Below, one piece after another: positions 1-13,057 of a DNA stretch of 64,000 bases; positions within the stretch are counted from its first letter, which is position 1; each line of letters starts with the position of its first letter. A program made the translations under genes and the position numbers. Source of the stretch: Mustelus asterias (Eukaryota); NCBI RefSeq assembly GCF_964213995.1, contig NC_135801.1, forward strand, positions 86,676,001 through 86,740,000, read 5' to 3'. The notes under the pieces are model-generated. The model was not told the DNA's origin and ran no database searches. It saw nothing but the letters and a program-made list of their open reading frames with translations.

Positions 1-1044
1 GAAAAACCAAGAAGACCATGAAGCACAGGAACCAATGGCAACAGATGATGGACTGCAGCCAGGGCAAGAGGTGCACAATAATCTCACAGCTCCTTATCCT
101 AAATGAATGGTGCAATCAGCCACCAGCTTTTTCTACTGGATGTATTTACAATCGCAATAAAAAGAATGATAGAATGGAAGACATAATAAATGTAAATGAG
201 TATTGTTCTGCTTGAGTGCATGCATACTTAGTGCATTATTCTAGTGCAAATGCCCAATTTCAGCTGTAAATTTCTCGGTGCCTTATTCTGCCAGCTGATG
301 AGGGAGCAGAAGGGAATTGCTGCTCTCCTGCTAGATACGTAACAAGGAGGCCCACAATGTGAATATAACTGACATACCTACATCAGTCTCGTCTCTCTTG
401 CTGCATTCTCATGAGGTGGAATTTAATGAGCCCACTAGAGCATCGACCATACTGGGAGGGAGGGTGTAGAATCACACAGGTGGCGGGAGGCAGCAGAGTT
501 GCATGCAAGCAATGATATTAATGATATTAGATCATTAAAAAGGTCATTAAGTAGAATAAAACATTCCTCTGAAAGCAATTAAATGCTGCTCTCTGAATTT
601 AATGAGTGGCCAACAGGGATCACAGGCTGTCAGATCCCTGACCATTAAAAGGAGTTGTTTTCCAGACGAGGTCTCAGACTCTGAGGGGAATGTCAGCCAA
701 TCTGGAGCTGGCTTCAGTCAGAGCCCAAACCTCCACTGAATGGAAAGTGGAGGCCAATGAACGTGTGTAGGAGAGGGGCAGAGGTTTGAAGGGCAGGGGT
801 AGGGCTGAGAAGCTGAGGGGCAACAGCTGGACACTGCATCCACGACCAACAATCAGTGAAGGAGGTGTCATCCAAAGATGGACCTCCTCCGCCCATCTCA
901 TATTGGAATGTTTTGAAGTTGTTGGCATGCCATTGCCAGAGAGGCCTGCACCTCTCAAGGGAAGAGGTCAGACTGGCAATCAGCTTGATGGGCCAAATGG
1001 TGTACTCCTGCTTCTATTTCCTATGTTCCTACGTTCCCATGCAA

Positions 1045-1133
1045 GGTGAATAGAGTCTAAATATAGGGATGTTTTGTTGCAGTTGTACAAAACATTGGTG
1101 AGGCTACATCCGCAGCACTCTGTACAGTATTGT
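1045..1133 (+). mobile_element. Short CR1 LINE fragment (RT C-terminal region)
   Basis: Reads as IES(K)YRDVLLQLYKTLVRLHPQHSVQY, matching the LQLYKTLVRPHLEYCVQFW motif in the other CR1 copies here. Confidence 0.7.
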
Positions 1134-1139
1134 TTTTTT

Positions 1140-1272
1140 TAAGTTTATTTATTAGTGTCACAAGTAGGCTTACATTAACACTGCAATGAAGTTACTATGA
1201 AAATCACCTAGTCGCCACACTCCGGCGCTTTTTCGGGTTCACTGAGGGGGAATTTAGCATGGTCAATGCACG
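1140..1272 (-). mobile_element. 3' part of HE1-like V-SINE with Rex1-type tail
   Basis: Same sequence as the tails at 8345-8460 (-) and 44140-44241 (+): ...cttgtgacactaataaataaactt. Confidence 0.8.
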
Positions 1273-1339
1273 TCTTCGTTTAAAAATAGACAAAAGAGAT
1301 GAATTCCGGAGGTGAGATGAGAGTCTTAGCCCTTAACAT

Positions 1340-2462
1340 AAAGGCAACATTTGACTGAGTGTGGCATCAAGGATCCCTAGTAAAACTGGAATCAATGGGA
1401 ATCAGAGGGAAATCCCGCTGCTGGTTGGAGTTAAACCTGGCACAAAGCAGGATGGTTGTGCTTGTGGAGGTTCAGTCATCTCAGCTCCAGGACATCAGTG
1501 CAGAGTATCTCAGGATAATGTCCTAGGTCCAACCATCTTTAGCAGCTTCATCAATGACCTTCCTTCCATCATAAGGTCAGAAGTGAGGATTTTCGCTGAT
1601 GATTGCACAATGGTCAGCAACATTTGCGACTCCTCAGATACTGAAGCAGTCCATGTTCAAAAGCAGAAAGTCCTGGACAATATTCAGGCTTGGGCTGACC
1701 AGGGGCAAGTAAAACAAAATTGCCAGGCAATAATCAGGTCCAACAAGAGAGGATCTAACCATGGTCCCTTGAGATTCAATGACATTATGATCACTGAATC
1801 CCCTACTATCAACAAATTTGGAGTTACCATTGATCAGAAATTGAGCTAGATTAGCCATAGACATACTGTGGCTACCAGATCTGGTCAAAGACTAGGAATC
1901 TTGCGGTGATTATCTCACCTCCTGACTACCCAAAGCCTGTCCACCACCTACTAGGTACAAGTCAGGAGTGTGATGGAGTACATGCCTAGACAAGTGCAGC
2001 TCCAATAACACTCAAGAAGTCCGACACCATCCAGGACAAAGCAGCCCACTTAATTGCTATCCCTTCTTCAAACATTCAATCCCTCCATCACCAACGAACA
2101 GTGGCAGATGTGTGTCCCATACAAAGGACTGCACTGCAGGAACTCATCAAGACTCCTTAGGCAGCACCTTCCAAACCCATGACCACTACAATCTAGAAGG
2201 ATAAGAGCAGCAGATACCTGAGAACACCACCACCTGGAGGTACCCCTCCAAGTCACTCCCATACATTGCCATTTCTTCACTGTTCCTGGGTCAAAATCTT
2301 GTAATTCCCTCCCTAACAGCACAGTGAGTGTACCGACACCACATGGACTGCAGCAGTTCAAGAAGGCAGCTCATCACCACTTTCCCAAGGGCAACTAGGG
2401 ATGGGCAATAAATGCTGGCCTAGCCAGCGACGCCCACATCCCGTAAATGAATTTTTAAAAAT
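1340..2462 (+). mobile_element. 5'-truncated non-LTR retrotransposon (CR1/L2-group, family 2), degenerate RT plus 3' tail
   Basis: ORF 1361-1849 has QDNVLGPTIFSSFINDLP...FADDCT (RT motifs B/C). The tail gggcaataaatgctggcctagccagcgacgcccacatccc recurs at 36828-36880, 48870-48925 and 60590-60650(-). Confidence 0.9.
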
Positions 2463-5074
2463 TAAGAACAAAACAGAAAACTCGCCATTTTCTTAGTTCC
2501 CTTCTTCTGACTTCCCTTAGCTGTAAGCAAACTACTTGAATATTTTATGTTTTCTGAACTGCGGATAATTTACTCACACTTCTCAAGAGTTCTATACGCA
2601 CCACCTAATTCACTCAGAGTACTCCTGTGATGTCACTGGGGGGTTTGATTTTATATTCAGTCCTTTCTAACCTCAGTGTGAATTCTGTCATTGGTCCTGA
2701 GTAACTCTTCCTCCCGCATGCCCACCTCCCTCTCAGATTCTGAAGATAAATCAACAAACAGTAATGCCCACTTAAAGGCCTCATCCCTCTGCCACAGATA
2801 TTTACTCATGTGGGAAACATGAGAAGCAAACTCTGGTATGTTTGTTTGTGCAGTCCCAGGGGAGTCTCTCCTTCAAAGGAGCTAGCATCAGAAAGCCATT
2901 CCTCCTGCCTTTGCTGCCAACTCTACTTCCCTGCAACCTCCACCCCATAACCAGCCCCAACATCACTCACCTGTACCTAGGTCCCTCCTTGAACTGAAGC
3001 TTTGGGTGGGTGTAATACAGCAGCAGCTACCATCTGCCCAATGACACCAATGAGTAGAGAGGAGATCCTGGCCTCTAGCCAATCCACTGGCCTGTTAAGT
3101 GCCTGAATGGCACAAGATGTGGTAGGCCTTCCTAAAAAGGTGAGGCATAGAGGTCTCGCTGGCACTCGCGTTGATGGCCGCGATTCCCAATGCCTCCATA
3201 AGATTCCACCCCAAGTGGAATCCTTGTCAGCAATGTGACATGTAAAATTAACCCTCAAATGTGAAAGCTTATGATTTCCAAGTATGTCCCACTACAAATC
3301 TCCACTGAAGTATTTGAGAGCTTTTCAGGTACATGATTTCCACGAACAATTATTGTTAAAAATTCACAAATAATTCAGACGTTCATGAATTAACCATGTT
3401 CAGAATCAGGAAAGCTGTGGCAGTGATTTATTTAGGCCATTAAGGTGTGCTACCTTGATACTGTGCTGTTAACGAGAAAAACATTGTACTCCCACTGACA
3501 ACAAGATGCAATAATATAAGGTAGACAAATTCTGCATCACCAAGTATCTTGCAAGAATGAACTACTCCTGAATTCTGAGAGTAGATGTTAAAGGTGCAGA
3601 AAAGGTAGCATTATTTTCCCTTTATCTCTTCCATAGGGTTGAAAAAGTACTCTAAAGAGAGGAAAGTGGCACATCCTAGGTCAATATTCAAGAACTGGTG
3701 ATGCCTCCAGTCTGTTTCTCACAGATATATTTATTCTTGACTGATTGTGAGTTAGTGTATCTGATTTTAACAGGGGGCATGTATTGCTATTGAATTTCTC
3801 CAGTACTGTCTGAGCAAACCTGATTTCCTCTCTGCTAGTGCGAAAGTCTGGGCAGTTTAAGATTTTTACAATTAAACTGTTGTCTGTTGTCATTTTCTAG
3901 GTCAGTTGGTAGCCTCCAAAGTTCTTAATGTTTTAGATTTCTTTCTATTACAGTAAGGGTAAATTTATAGTGCAGCCCAAATGTAGTAAAACTGGCAAAA
4001 TTGGGACCACATTTATCTATAGTTGTTGTTCTGGCATCAGGGAGAGATAGTCTCACTCATGGAATGTGGTCATTCCACCCCCCGCCCCCCCACTCCCCCA
4101 CCCCCACCCTCCCCCCCCAACCTCTTCAATTTCAGATAGATAAAGGGGAAAGAGGGAGAGAGATAAGGTGGGGGAAGAGTTTTTAGAGGGACAGGCATAG
4201 GAGGGGAAGAGGGAGAAATGGAGAGAAACACAGGGGTGAGGGGAGGACGGTGAGGGAGAGAGGGCAGAGAACTGGGATGCTGGGAGAGAGTGCAAGGAGA
4301 GGGGGAAGGCAAGACTGGAGAGGAGTGGGGAGTGTCTGCGAGGGAAGGGGTTTGAGGGGGTGGGAGGAAGAGATTTGAGGAGGGGGCAGAGAGTTGTGGC
4401 TAGAGGGTAGGCCATGTATTAGGCCAAAGCTTGAGGGAGTGTTGAGAGGAGGCTCTGAGACTGGGATGGTGGTTGACGCACAGTCAGAGTACATTTTCAA
4501 CAGACCTAAGGGGGAGGGGTGGGTCCGGACCATCAGAGCTGGGTGCTTGGCGTTGATGACTTAGGGCAGAGGAAGTGCGATCTGAGAGGGACTGGTGGAG
4601 TGGAGGGAGGGTGTTAAGAACAAAGAACAAAGAAAAGTACAGCACAGGAACAGGCCTTTCGGCCCTCCAAGCCTGTGCCAATCATGATGCTCAAACTAAA
4701 CTGGTGATGTGGTGACCAGAACTGCATGCAGTACTCCAAATGCAGCCTAACCAAGGTTTTATATTGCTGCAAGATGATTTCCCAACTCCAGTACTCAATG
4801 CTCTGGCTGATGAAGGCAAGCATGCCATATGCTTTCTTAATCACCTTGGCCACCTGTGTTGCCACTTTTAGGGAACTGTGGACCGGCACGCCCAGATCCC
4901 TCTGTACGTTAATGTTCCTAAGCATTCTGCCATTTACAGTATAATTCACCCCTAAATTTGATCCTCCAAAATGCATCATCTCACATTTGTCTGGATTAAA
5001 CTCCATCTGCCATTTCTGTGCCCAAGTCTCCAATCTATCTATATCCTGTTGTATCCTCTGACTATCTCTGACTT

Positions 5075-5297
5075 TTCTTTACTCAGAGAGTGGTTGGGGT
5101 GTGGAATGGACTGCCTGCTGTGATCGTGGAGTCGGACACTTTAGGAACTTACAAGCGGTTATTGGATAGGCACATGGAGCTCATCAGAATGATAGGGAGT
5201 GGGATAGCTTGATCTTGGTTTCGGACAAAGCTCGGCACAACATCGAGGGCCGAAGGGCCTGTACTGTGCTGTACTGTTCTATGTTCTATGTTCTATA
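5075..5297 (+). mobile_element. Young CR1 3'-end fragment inserted antisense into the older CR1
   Basis: Nearly identical to 22053-22268; ends in (TTCTATG)n. Confidence 0.92.
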
Positions 5298-5503
5298 TCC
5301 CTGGCACTATCAGCAACTCCACCAATCTTCGTGTCATCCACAAACTTACTAATCAGACCACCCACATTTTCCTTCAGATCATTTATATATACTACAAACA
5401 ACAGAGGTCCCAGCACTGATCCCTGCGGAACACCACTAGCTACAGATCTCCATTCTGAAAAACACCTTTCCACTGCCACTCTCTGTTGTGTTCTATAACC
5501 AAG

Positions 5504-5569
5504 TAAGAAGTCTCACAACACCAGATTAAAGTCCAACAGGTTTATTTGGTAGCAAAATCTTCGTGTCCA
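5504..5569. mobile_element. 66-bp insertion (Penelope-like end fragment) with 13-bp target-site duplication
   Basis: ttctataaccaag at 5491-5503 and 5570-5582 flanks taagaagtctcacaacaccagattaaagtccaacaggtttatttgg; the family name is from recollection only. Confidence 0.6.
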
Positions 5570-6759
5570 TTCTATAACCAAGCCAGTTCTGTATCCATCT
5601 CGTCAGCCCACTCCGAATCCCATGTGATTTTAGTTTTTGTGCCAGTCTGCCATGTGGGACCATGTCAAACACCTTACTAAAGTCAATATAAACTACATCC
5701 ACAGCCCTTCCCTCATAAATTATCTTTGTCAGTTCTTCAAAAAACTCAATCAACTTGGTGAGACATGATCTTCCCCGTACAGAACCATGCTGCCTGTCAC
5801 TAACTAATCCATTTTCCTCCAAATGTACATATATCCTGTCCCTCAGTATCTTCTCCAAAAGCTTCCCCACCTCCAAAAGCGAGCAGTAGCTGCATGTGTT
5901 TAAGTCCTTGTCGTTCTAGGTGATAGAGGTCGCAGGTCTGGAAGATGACATTGCAGAGCCTTGGTGAATTGTTAGCCTTCTTAGTTCCTTATATACTTTG
6001 GAATTTAATTCCACTGAACTATTACTTCTCAGTGGTGCCACACTTACTCTGTTACTTACATTGTTGACTATTTCTTTACTGTGACTCCTCCCCACCCTTG
6101 GCACAATGTCATTTTCCCCAGAGTTGGTGAAGGCTTTAGTTCCTTGAATTCCCAAGTGCTTAAAAATAATAATGATCGCTTTTGAACAACCTTGACAAGC
6201 CGCAATGGCTTTCGAGTAATTTTGAGTGATTTTAATGGGATTTTTCCCCCTCCAAATGTGATCATTATGAATGTATCTTTTTTTGCGTGAATGAATACTC
6301 ATTCCAAATTGAATCATTTGAAGTCAGATCAGCATTGAACGCTTACAAACTTTCCTAAACGCTGAAAAATACCAGGATTTTTCTGGCAGGGAACTGCCAG
6401 GATTTGCCTAGTGGCAGGCCTGTATAGCATGACCCCCAAAAATATGAAGTCCTTAAGTGGCCACTCAAGGGTCTCAATTGAAGACTGCCCTTGCAGGGTG
6501 TGGAGGGAGTTTAAATTCTGCCCAAGGGTAGTATTTGGGATGCTCATCCAATTGCTAACTCCTTAAATTTTATGTGCTTCCAAGTTAAGGCAATATAAAA
6601 CCAGAGAAAGACAAAGGCAACTATGTTGAAGCAACTATCAGCTTTTGAGGAGGTTGCCCTAAATTCTTTTTGATCATGAATCTACAAGGAAATTGCCAGT
6701 GGTGAATTTGGCTGCGGGGCTCCAACATCCTCCATTTATTATTATCATTCCTATCCTGA

Positions 6760-6996
6760 GGGTAGGATTTTCCGCTGCGCTCGCCCTAAAACCAGAAAAT
6801 CCCACCTGAGGTCATCGGACTTTGCATGGTCCCCCCCCCTCGCCCCGCCCCCCCACCCCCTCCGCACCCCGCCCCCTCCAGCACCCCGCACCCGCCCACC
6901 CCCCGCCACCCCCCCCCCCCCCCCCCCCCCCCCCGCCTTCCTCCCCCACCACCTGCTACGATTCCCGTAGTGGGTGGGACGGGAAAATTCCCCCCG
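6760..6996. mobile_element. Short Harbinger-like MITE with internal poly-C expansion
   Basis: Termini gggtaggattttcc ... ggaaaattcccccc; related to 27302-27400, 45051-45176 and 62680-62806. Confidence 0.75.
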
Positions 6997-7419
6997 AATT
7001 ACTTTCGTAATTCTCACAGTAATGACAAACATTGCTCAGAGGCAGCATGAAGAACAGAATGCCTTATAATCTCATCTCTCTCAGTGTAGAGGAGAATCCA
7101 CATAATTCTTCTTCCTATTCTTCTTCAAAGAATTAATTTACTTTCATTTGGTATCCAATGTCATAATTTTGTAGCCCAGGCTACCAATGAAAGAGAAGTG
7201 AATTTTCATTTTAATCAAAATTTGAAAATTGTTTGCTGAACAAAATTAACTATAGCATTTAAAATTAAAATGTACAACAGCACATCATATCAGCACGTGT
7301 CAAATACTGACTGATGTAATGCACATGAGATGTTGGATTTAAACTTGCAGGCAATTGCTTTTTAGCAAAGAAGGGATCTGTTTCAGAAGGGTTAATCTGA
7401 AAACCAAACCTGGAAGACA

Positions 7420-7553
7420 GGGCTGGAATCATCCGACCTTGCCCGAAACTTGGATTCTCCAGTCCTGCTGCAATGAATGGAGTTTTTTGGCTAAGTGCCA
7501 AATTCCCCGTTCTCACTGGCAGCGGAGCGAGCGAGATTAGAGAACCCTGACCC
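7420..7553. mobile_element. Short Harbinger-like MITE
   Basis: gggctggaatc ... gagaaccctgaccc; similar to 17751-17888. Confidence 0.6.
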
Positions 7554-8344
7554 AGAAGTCAGGTCAATCTAAAATTAAGACCATTCCATACTCTATTTGT
7601 CTGGGAAATTCCCATACAAGAGTTACCATCGTTCATGATGAATGAAGAAATGTGGAGGACAGTCATTGGCAGCTAGCGATGGTTAACTGATAATGATGAC
7701 ATCAAAAATGTATCTCTCAGAAGAATTGACTTCAAAAATAATAAGGAAAAAGTAAATTCACTGAGGAAACCTCCTTTTCTGGATCAAAACATATTTGGTT
7801 CAATATATTACTTAAAGCACATCACACTCTTGACTAGATATGAAAGCTATGAAATGTTGTATTCAGAGACATTTGATCTATTCACATTGATCTCTTCTAA
7901 TAACTTTAAAGGGAAGTGACTTTATTAAAGTTTTGCTTGTCAGTACTTAAAAGTCACTGCATAATATCAGTTCAGGTGTTAAATGTGCCAAGTTGATAGC
8001 AGAAGGAATATGTGAGCTTCTTCAAAGCATGTGCAAACTATGATTCACCAGATGTAAATGGCTCTAAATAAAAGTATTGAATAGTCATGCGTGGGTGACT
8101 TGGGATAATACCCCATGGTGACAGAACATTGATGAAATTACAAATTTAGAACAATATATTAACAGTTATAAAAGTGAAATTTTGAAGAATAGCAAAGTTT
8201 GAAAACAATTATGTCATATTGAAGCCAAATGTGCAATGCAGATGGTGAAATTTGTTAAGGCCCAAAAATGGAACTGGAGGTTGCACTGCCTGATTAATCT
8301 ACAGCCATTACTTTGGGTTCAGGCAGCGTGCAAACTAAAGTTTA

Positions 8345-8645
8345 AAAAGTTTATTTATTAGTCACGGGTAGGCTTACATTCACACTGTAATTAAGTTATT
8401 GTGAAAATCCCCTAGATGCCACAGTCCGGCATCTGTTCGGGTACACTGAGGGAGAATTTAGGCCAGTTCACCTAACCTGCATACTTTTGGACTGTGGGAG
8501 GAAACCGGAGCACCCGGAGGAAACCCACTCAAGCACGGGGAGAATGTGCAAACTCCACACAGACAGTGATCCAAGTCAGGAATCGAACCCGGGTTCCTGG
8601 CACTGTGAGGCAGCAGTGCTAACCACTGTGCCACCGTGCCACCCA
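8345..8645 (-). mobile_element. HE1-like tRNA-derived V-SINE, Rex1-type tail
   Basis: A box TGGCACAGTGG, B box GGTTCGATTCC, V-domain GTGTGGAGTTTGCACATTCTCCCC. Confidence 0.92.
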
Positions 8646-8819
8646 ACACGACTGCAACATACAGTCAGCACTAGCAAGAGATGCAAGATCATGAGAAGTT
8701 ATCACAAGTTCAAGCACTGCATAAAACCAGCCTGTACCTCTTAAAGGGGAGGTAAGTTTTGACTGGAGCAGGTGCTGGAAATCATTCCAGCAGTCAGCTT
8801 CCTCTGAGAAAGAGACAGA

Positions 8820-9060
8820 ATGGCACAACATGCAGGGGATGGGCTCCAAGATTCTCTGACTTAGCACTGAAGGCCTTAGTGCAGGAGATGGTTGGACGAG
8901 AGAGGTCCTCTATCCACAGGGAACCAGAATCTCCTCCACTCAGACACTGAAAAATAAATGGGATGAGATAGCTGACATGGTCAATGCCAGCTGTCTAGTC
9001 CCAAGGATCTGGATGCAGTGGTAAACAACGTTCAATGTCAGAAGAATGGTCAAGCTGAGT
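8820..9060 (+). pseudogene. Harbinger Myb/SANT-like (trihelix) DNA-binding domain, frameshifted
   Basis: APRFSDLALKALVQEM / RREVLYPQG...TLKNKWDEIADMVNASCLVPRIWMQW*TTFN follows the F(S/T)xxExxxL...W..IA..VN....R...Q...(W/F)N pattern. Confidence 0.8.
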
Positions 9061-9099
9061 GAAATTTATCTTCAAATACCATTTCCTAACAATGGTGAG

Positions 9100-9424
9100 T
9101 GGCACAGTGGCACAGTGGTTAGTACTGCTGCCTCACAGCGCCAGAGACCCGGGTTCAATTCCGACCTTGGGTCACTGTCTGTGTGGAGTTTGCACGTTCT
9201 CCCCGTGTCTGCGTGGATTTCCTCCGGGTGCTCTAGTTTCCTCCCACAGTCCAAAGATGTGTGGGTTAGATTGATTGGACATGCTAAATTGACCCTTAGT
9301 GCTAGAGGGATTAGGAAGGTAAATATGTGGGGTTATGAGGATAGGACCTGTGTGAGATTGTTGTCAGTGCAGGCTCGATGGACCAAATAGCCTTCTTCTG
9401 CAGTGTAGATTCTATGATTCTATA
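9100..9424 (+). mobile_element. HE1-like V-SINE, CR1-type tail
   Basis: A/B boxes and V-domain; ends gattctatgattctat. Confidence 0.92.
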
Positions 9425-10069
9425 ACTGGACCTCCAGCCTCACACACTGTTCCATTCACCACACACCCCATTCACTTAAGTGGTAACATTCTTTATCAAT
9501 CAGGACTTTGTTATGATCCCAGTTATGAGCCTGGTGCTTGTTAGGATCTGGCTTGATGCACCATAATCATTTCAAGTATTGTAATATGTGGAGGAATCAA
9601 GAGTCAGGAAATGAGTACCAGGACTCCGTGATTAAATTGAAACAGCAAAATAAACTTTATTAAACCAACCTGAACAAAATAAATACACGCAATAATAACT
9701 ACATAGGTACACTGAGCAAGTAAGTCAATAGGTGGAATTCTCCATTTTCTTTCGAAATGTGGTAGCAGGTGGTTCCGGCAGCAGCGTTCCCGCTGGCTGG
9801 AATGGCATGAACTCATGCCCAATTTTGCTTTTGTAGCCTGATTAATTATGCATGAGCAAGCATCTCTCTGAATCACTTGGCAGGTTGGGCTTGACCCGTC
9901 TGGCCACCCTTAGCTGTCAGGTTCGAAGGTCGAGGAGCCATATGTAAATACCAGTCCAGCACACTCGTGTCACGCTCACTGCTGTCCACTAGACCTCACA
10001 ATATCAGGTCTGGTGGGCAGCAGTGAGCGTGCAGAACCCAGAGGCAAAAGTTTAGCAGCCTCAACAAAG

Positions 10070-10290
10070 TATTCTGCACCTTTACTCAACCAACAATCCA
10101 TCGAGGCCTTGATTCAAGGAGTCTGGGGACAGAGGCAGGTCCCCCTAACCAAGGGATAACTCCAGAAAGTGCACCAACCTCTCCAGCCTTGGAAGCTGGA
10201 CCTCAGGAGGTCAGCGTGACTGGCGACCGTACCAGAAGCATCACGGTGTGCAGGAAGTGGATGAATGATCTGATCCACTCCACCAGGGTA
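10070..10290 (+). pseudogene. Harbinger Myb/SANT exon remnant
   Basis: SIEALIQGVWGQRQV...(L)EAGPQEVSVTGDRTRSITVCRKWMNDLIHSTR, followed by the donor GTAAGT. Confidence 0.8.
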
Positions 10291-10489
10291 AGTCCTCTCC
10301 CAGTTCCCTCCACTATCAAACTCTTAGCACGGCATCAGTTACTCAATCAGCAGCTCTCTTCACAGATCTCACACACCCATTAGCGGGGGACACATTCTCT
10401 CATGGGCACTTTCACATCGCCACCATCTCATCGATGATGTTGGTCTCATTCCATCCTCTGGTTTTTCTGGGGGGCCTCACCTCTCTGCC

Positions 10490-10705
10490 AGATCGTGATC
10501 ATGCAAGAAATCCTCTCTGGTGTGTATTGCAGAGAGCCACCTGAACAGTCCAGGCATCAGAGTCATATCTTCAGGACTCCTATAGTCTACTGTGTGAGGG
10601 AGGAGTGAGCAATATTGTACAACTTCTCGGTATGAGTCTGAGGGTGATGGACTGGAGTCAACAGCCAATATTTAAGAGAATAGCCCTTCTCCCCAGAAAC
10701 CATCC
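10490..10705 (-). pseudogene. Harbinger DDE transposase catalytic C-terminal remnant
   Basis: Manual translation GEKGYSLKYWLLTPVHHPQTHTEKLYNIAH..*TIGVLKI*L*CLDCSGGSLQYTPER matches the HARBI1-type GDxGYP..WLMTP...E..YN.AH...TIGLLKMRFRCLDRSGG.LQY.P. Confidence 0.9.
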
Positions 10706-11653
10706 CTGCAGACAATCTGGATCCAGTCGTTGCTATGGTGGGTATTCCCAACCCTCCCAACCCCCCCCCCCCCCCCCCCGCCCAGGAAGCCCATCACCAG
10801 CGAGGTCCCACATGGATCTCTACTCACCCTATATGGAGTTTGCATGCATATTCTCCAGTCAACAATCTTTTTTGTTTGACCCCCCCCTTACTTCTTTGCG
10901 TTTCATGCAGCTTGGGGTTCACCTTCCTTCCCCTTGGTCTTCTCTCTGCCTTCCGTTGTTTGTCCTCCTCGTCCACCTTCTGGTCCCCCCCTGCCTGTAA
11001 TCATGCAGCCTTGCATGGAAGTGAAGAGCAAGAACCAGTCTGTCCCAGCAGAGTGCCATTCAGTGCAGCAGGAACAGCGCTATGACAGGCAGGCTACGTA
11101 TGTTGCACTCACCTCAAAGACTTGAGCAAACTGGGGTCCACCTTGTGTACGTCACTGTTTTATCCAACTGGTGTGACGTGAGATTGGAAGGCCTGGTGAA
11201 ATTTCAGCAAGCAGCTTTTTTTTCAACTTTCATGATATGCAAATGAATGCAAACGGCACTCACGCCATCAGGCAGTCGCTGAACCGATCCACCATGAACC
11301 CACCATTGGCAGAATGTCAAACTGTGTTTAGGCTGGCAGGTTTCTGACTCCCACTGGATTTTCCACTCCCACCTGTCACCAAACCCACTGCGGGTGGGAT
11401 GGTGTCCCATGATCCTAAACAGCGTGAACTTCGAACTTAAACTTACTCCAACAGATTGAGTCCAGTTTAACCTTTTCACTGTGGCTTTCACTCTGACAGG
11501 CTTTTAAACATACACATACTCTGGGTGGCAGTTCCTTTTTCTCTGTGTCCGGCTGCTCACAGGTCACAGCTCAGGTCTATGGTATATTCCAAGTCCCAGT
11601 ATAGGTGTTTCCGATGGTCACATGCTATGTCCTACCAGAAACATGTAGACACT

Positions 11654-11898
11654 TGTGGTGGACCTCAGTTGTGCCTTTGTCCTATATGGACCACCGTTGT
11701 GTGTGTTTGTCATACCTGGACACATCCCCTTCCAGTTTGGTTCCTCCCCTCAGCACCTAGTATAAAGGTGGCTGTCTCCTCCCCCTTGTTCAGTCCAGGT
11801 CGGTTAATTGTTGGGATCTGCTCCTGATTCTGTTGTGAATAAAAGCCTACACTTATATTGGCATATCGGTAGTCTTTCGCCTTATTGATAGTGCATCA
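11654..11898 (+). mobile_element. Gypsy solo LTR related to the LTRs of elements A and B
   Basis: TGTGGTG...GTGCATCA, perfect 5-bp TSD ACACT, TATAAA at 11761, tgttgtgaataaaagcc at 11831. Confidence 0.9.
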
Positions 11899-12017
11899 AC
11901 ACTCCCTTATTGTTTATTTCATCGGCTCAACTTCTCTCTTTACAGAGCCACTTGGTCCTACCTACCCACTCCTCCAGAACCCCTTTAAAGAGAAATAGAG
12001 AGACACAGAACTGAGTT

Positions 12018-13057
12018 CATAGAATCATAGGGCCCTATTTTACCATTTTGATTCTAAGTGCTGGGTGGACTTGAAACTGGGAGTGTTTCTGATCCGACTT
12101 TTAGATCCGTTCTCAGGCGCCCCCATACGCAATCTGCCTGAAAAAATATCAGCAATTCCGAATTGGCTGCAGATGCTTGTGGGTGGGGCTTAACGCGCCC
12201 GAAATCCTGCAGCTCTGATCAGCGCCTCCAAACTGCGCATGTGCAGAAAAAAAATGATAGAATGCGGCTCCCCTGCCACATCACTCCCGGGGCAGCTAAT
12301 GCCCCTCCCTGGCCCCCACAGACATTGCCCCACCCCCACAACATTACTGACCCCCTTATCCCCCCACCACCCAAACCGATCGCAGGTCTTTCCCCTCACT
12401 GATCACGGGCAGAGTGGCAGCGGACCCCCCTTCCCCCCAACTGATCTCAGGCAGAATGGCAGCAAACCCCCCCTTCCCCCCCCCCCCCCACTGATCTCAG
12501 GCAGAGTGACAGGGGACCCCCCCCAAACCCCCTCACAGATCATAGGCAAAGTGGCAGCGGAACCCCCCTTCCCTCTCCCACCGCACCCATCTCAAGCAGA
12601 GAGCCGTCAGACGCTCAGCACTCACTTCCTCACTAACTGGAGCACCCGAATTGGACTTTTGTGGAGCATGTCTGTTTCGTGCCGATTCTGGATAGGCGAA
12701 CACGGTGGTAAAGGTGGAAGTGTCGGTAAGTCAATTTAAATACATGCAAATGCATTTAAATGGCTGTCATGCCCCTTTCGGGCACGGTCCCGATCATGGC
12801 CATTTTCGGGCCTTGGTAAAGGGGGAACCGGCATGCAGGCAGGCGCGGATTGGGCTACTCACCTCACACCCGACTTTACCAAGTTTGCGCGCCTGAAAAC
12901 AGGTGCAACTTGATGGTAAAATCGGCCCATCGAGTCTGCACCAACCACTATCCCTCCCAGGCCCTACTCCCGTAACCCCACCCATTTACCCTGCTAACCC
13001 CCTGACACTAAGGGGCAATTTAGCGTGGCCAATTAACCTAACCCACACATCTTTGGA
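12018..13057 (-). mobile_element. Partial HE1-like SINE 3' half, interrupted by a MITE
   Basis: catagaatcatag at 12018; SINE body resumes at 12929 (atcgagtctgcacc...cacatctttgg). Confidence 0.8.
12030..12928. mobile_element. About 0.9-kb GC-rich non-autonomous DNA transposon (Harbinger-like), copy 1
   Basis: TIRs gggccctattttaccat / atggtaaaatcggccc; internal C-rich tandem units (gatctcaggcagagtggcagcggacccc); second copy at 27724-28647. Confidence 0.88.

Larger units (their letters stand above)
4615..5880 (-). mobile_element. CR1 LINE RT and tail, internally deleted near the 3' end, carrying two nested insertions
   Basis: ORFs 5526-5876, 5279-5479 and 4614-5033 give [34 protein letters not shown] and WQMEFNPDKC; the (TTCTTTG)n tail is at 4615-4635. 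Confidence 0.93.
9731..11408. mobile_element. Internally deleted PIF/Harbinger transposon 2 with convergent Myb (+) and DDE transposase (-) remnants
   Basis: Left terminus ggtggaattctcc; both coding remnants are listed below. Confidence 0.85.

Noticed and set aside
415-1045. Possible Harbinger remnant
   Set aside because: TIR-like start (ggtggaattt), but no readable transposase or Myb motif and no confident second end
4053-4614. ORFs in a purine-rich tract
   Set aside because: Low-complexity GA/G-rich sequence with no domain signature
9100-9175. tRNA gene
   Set aside because: A/B boxes run directly into the V-SINE body; this is a SINE head
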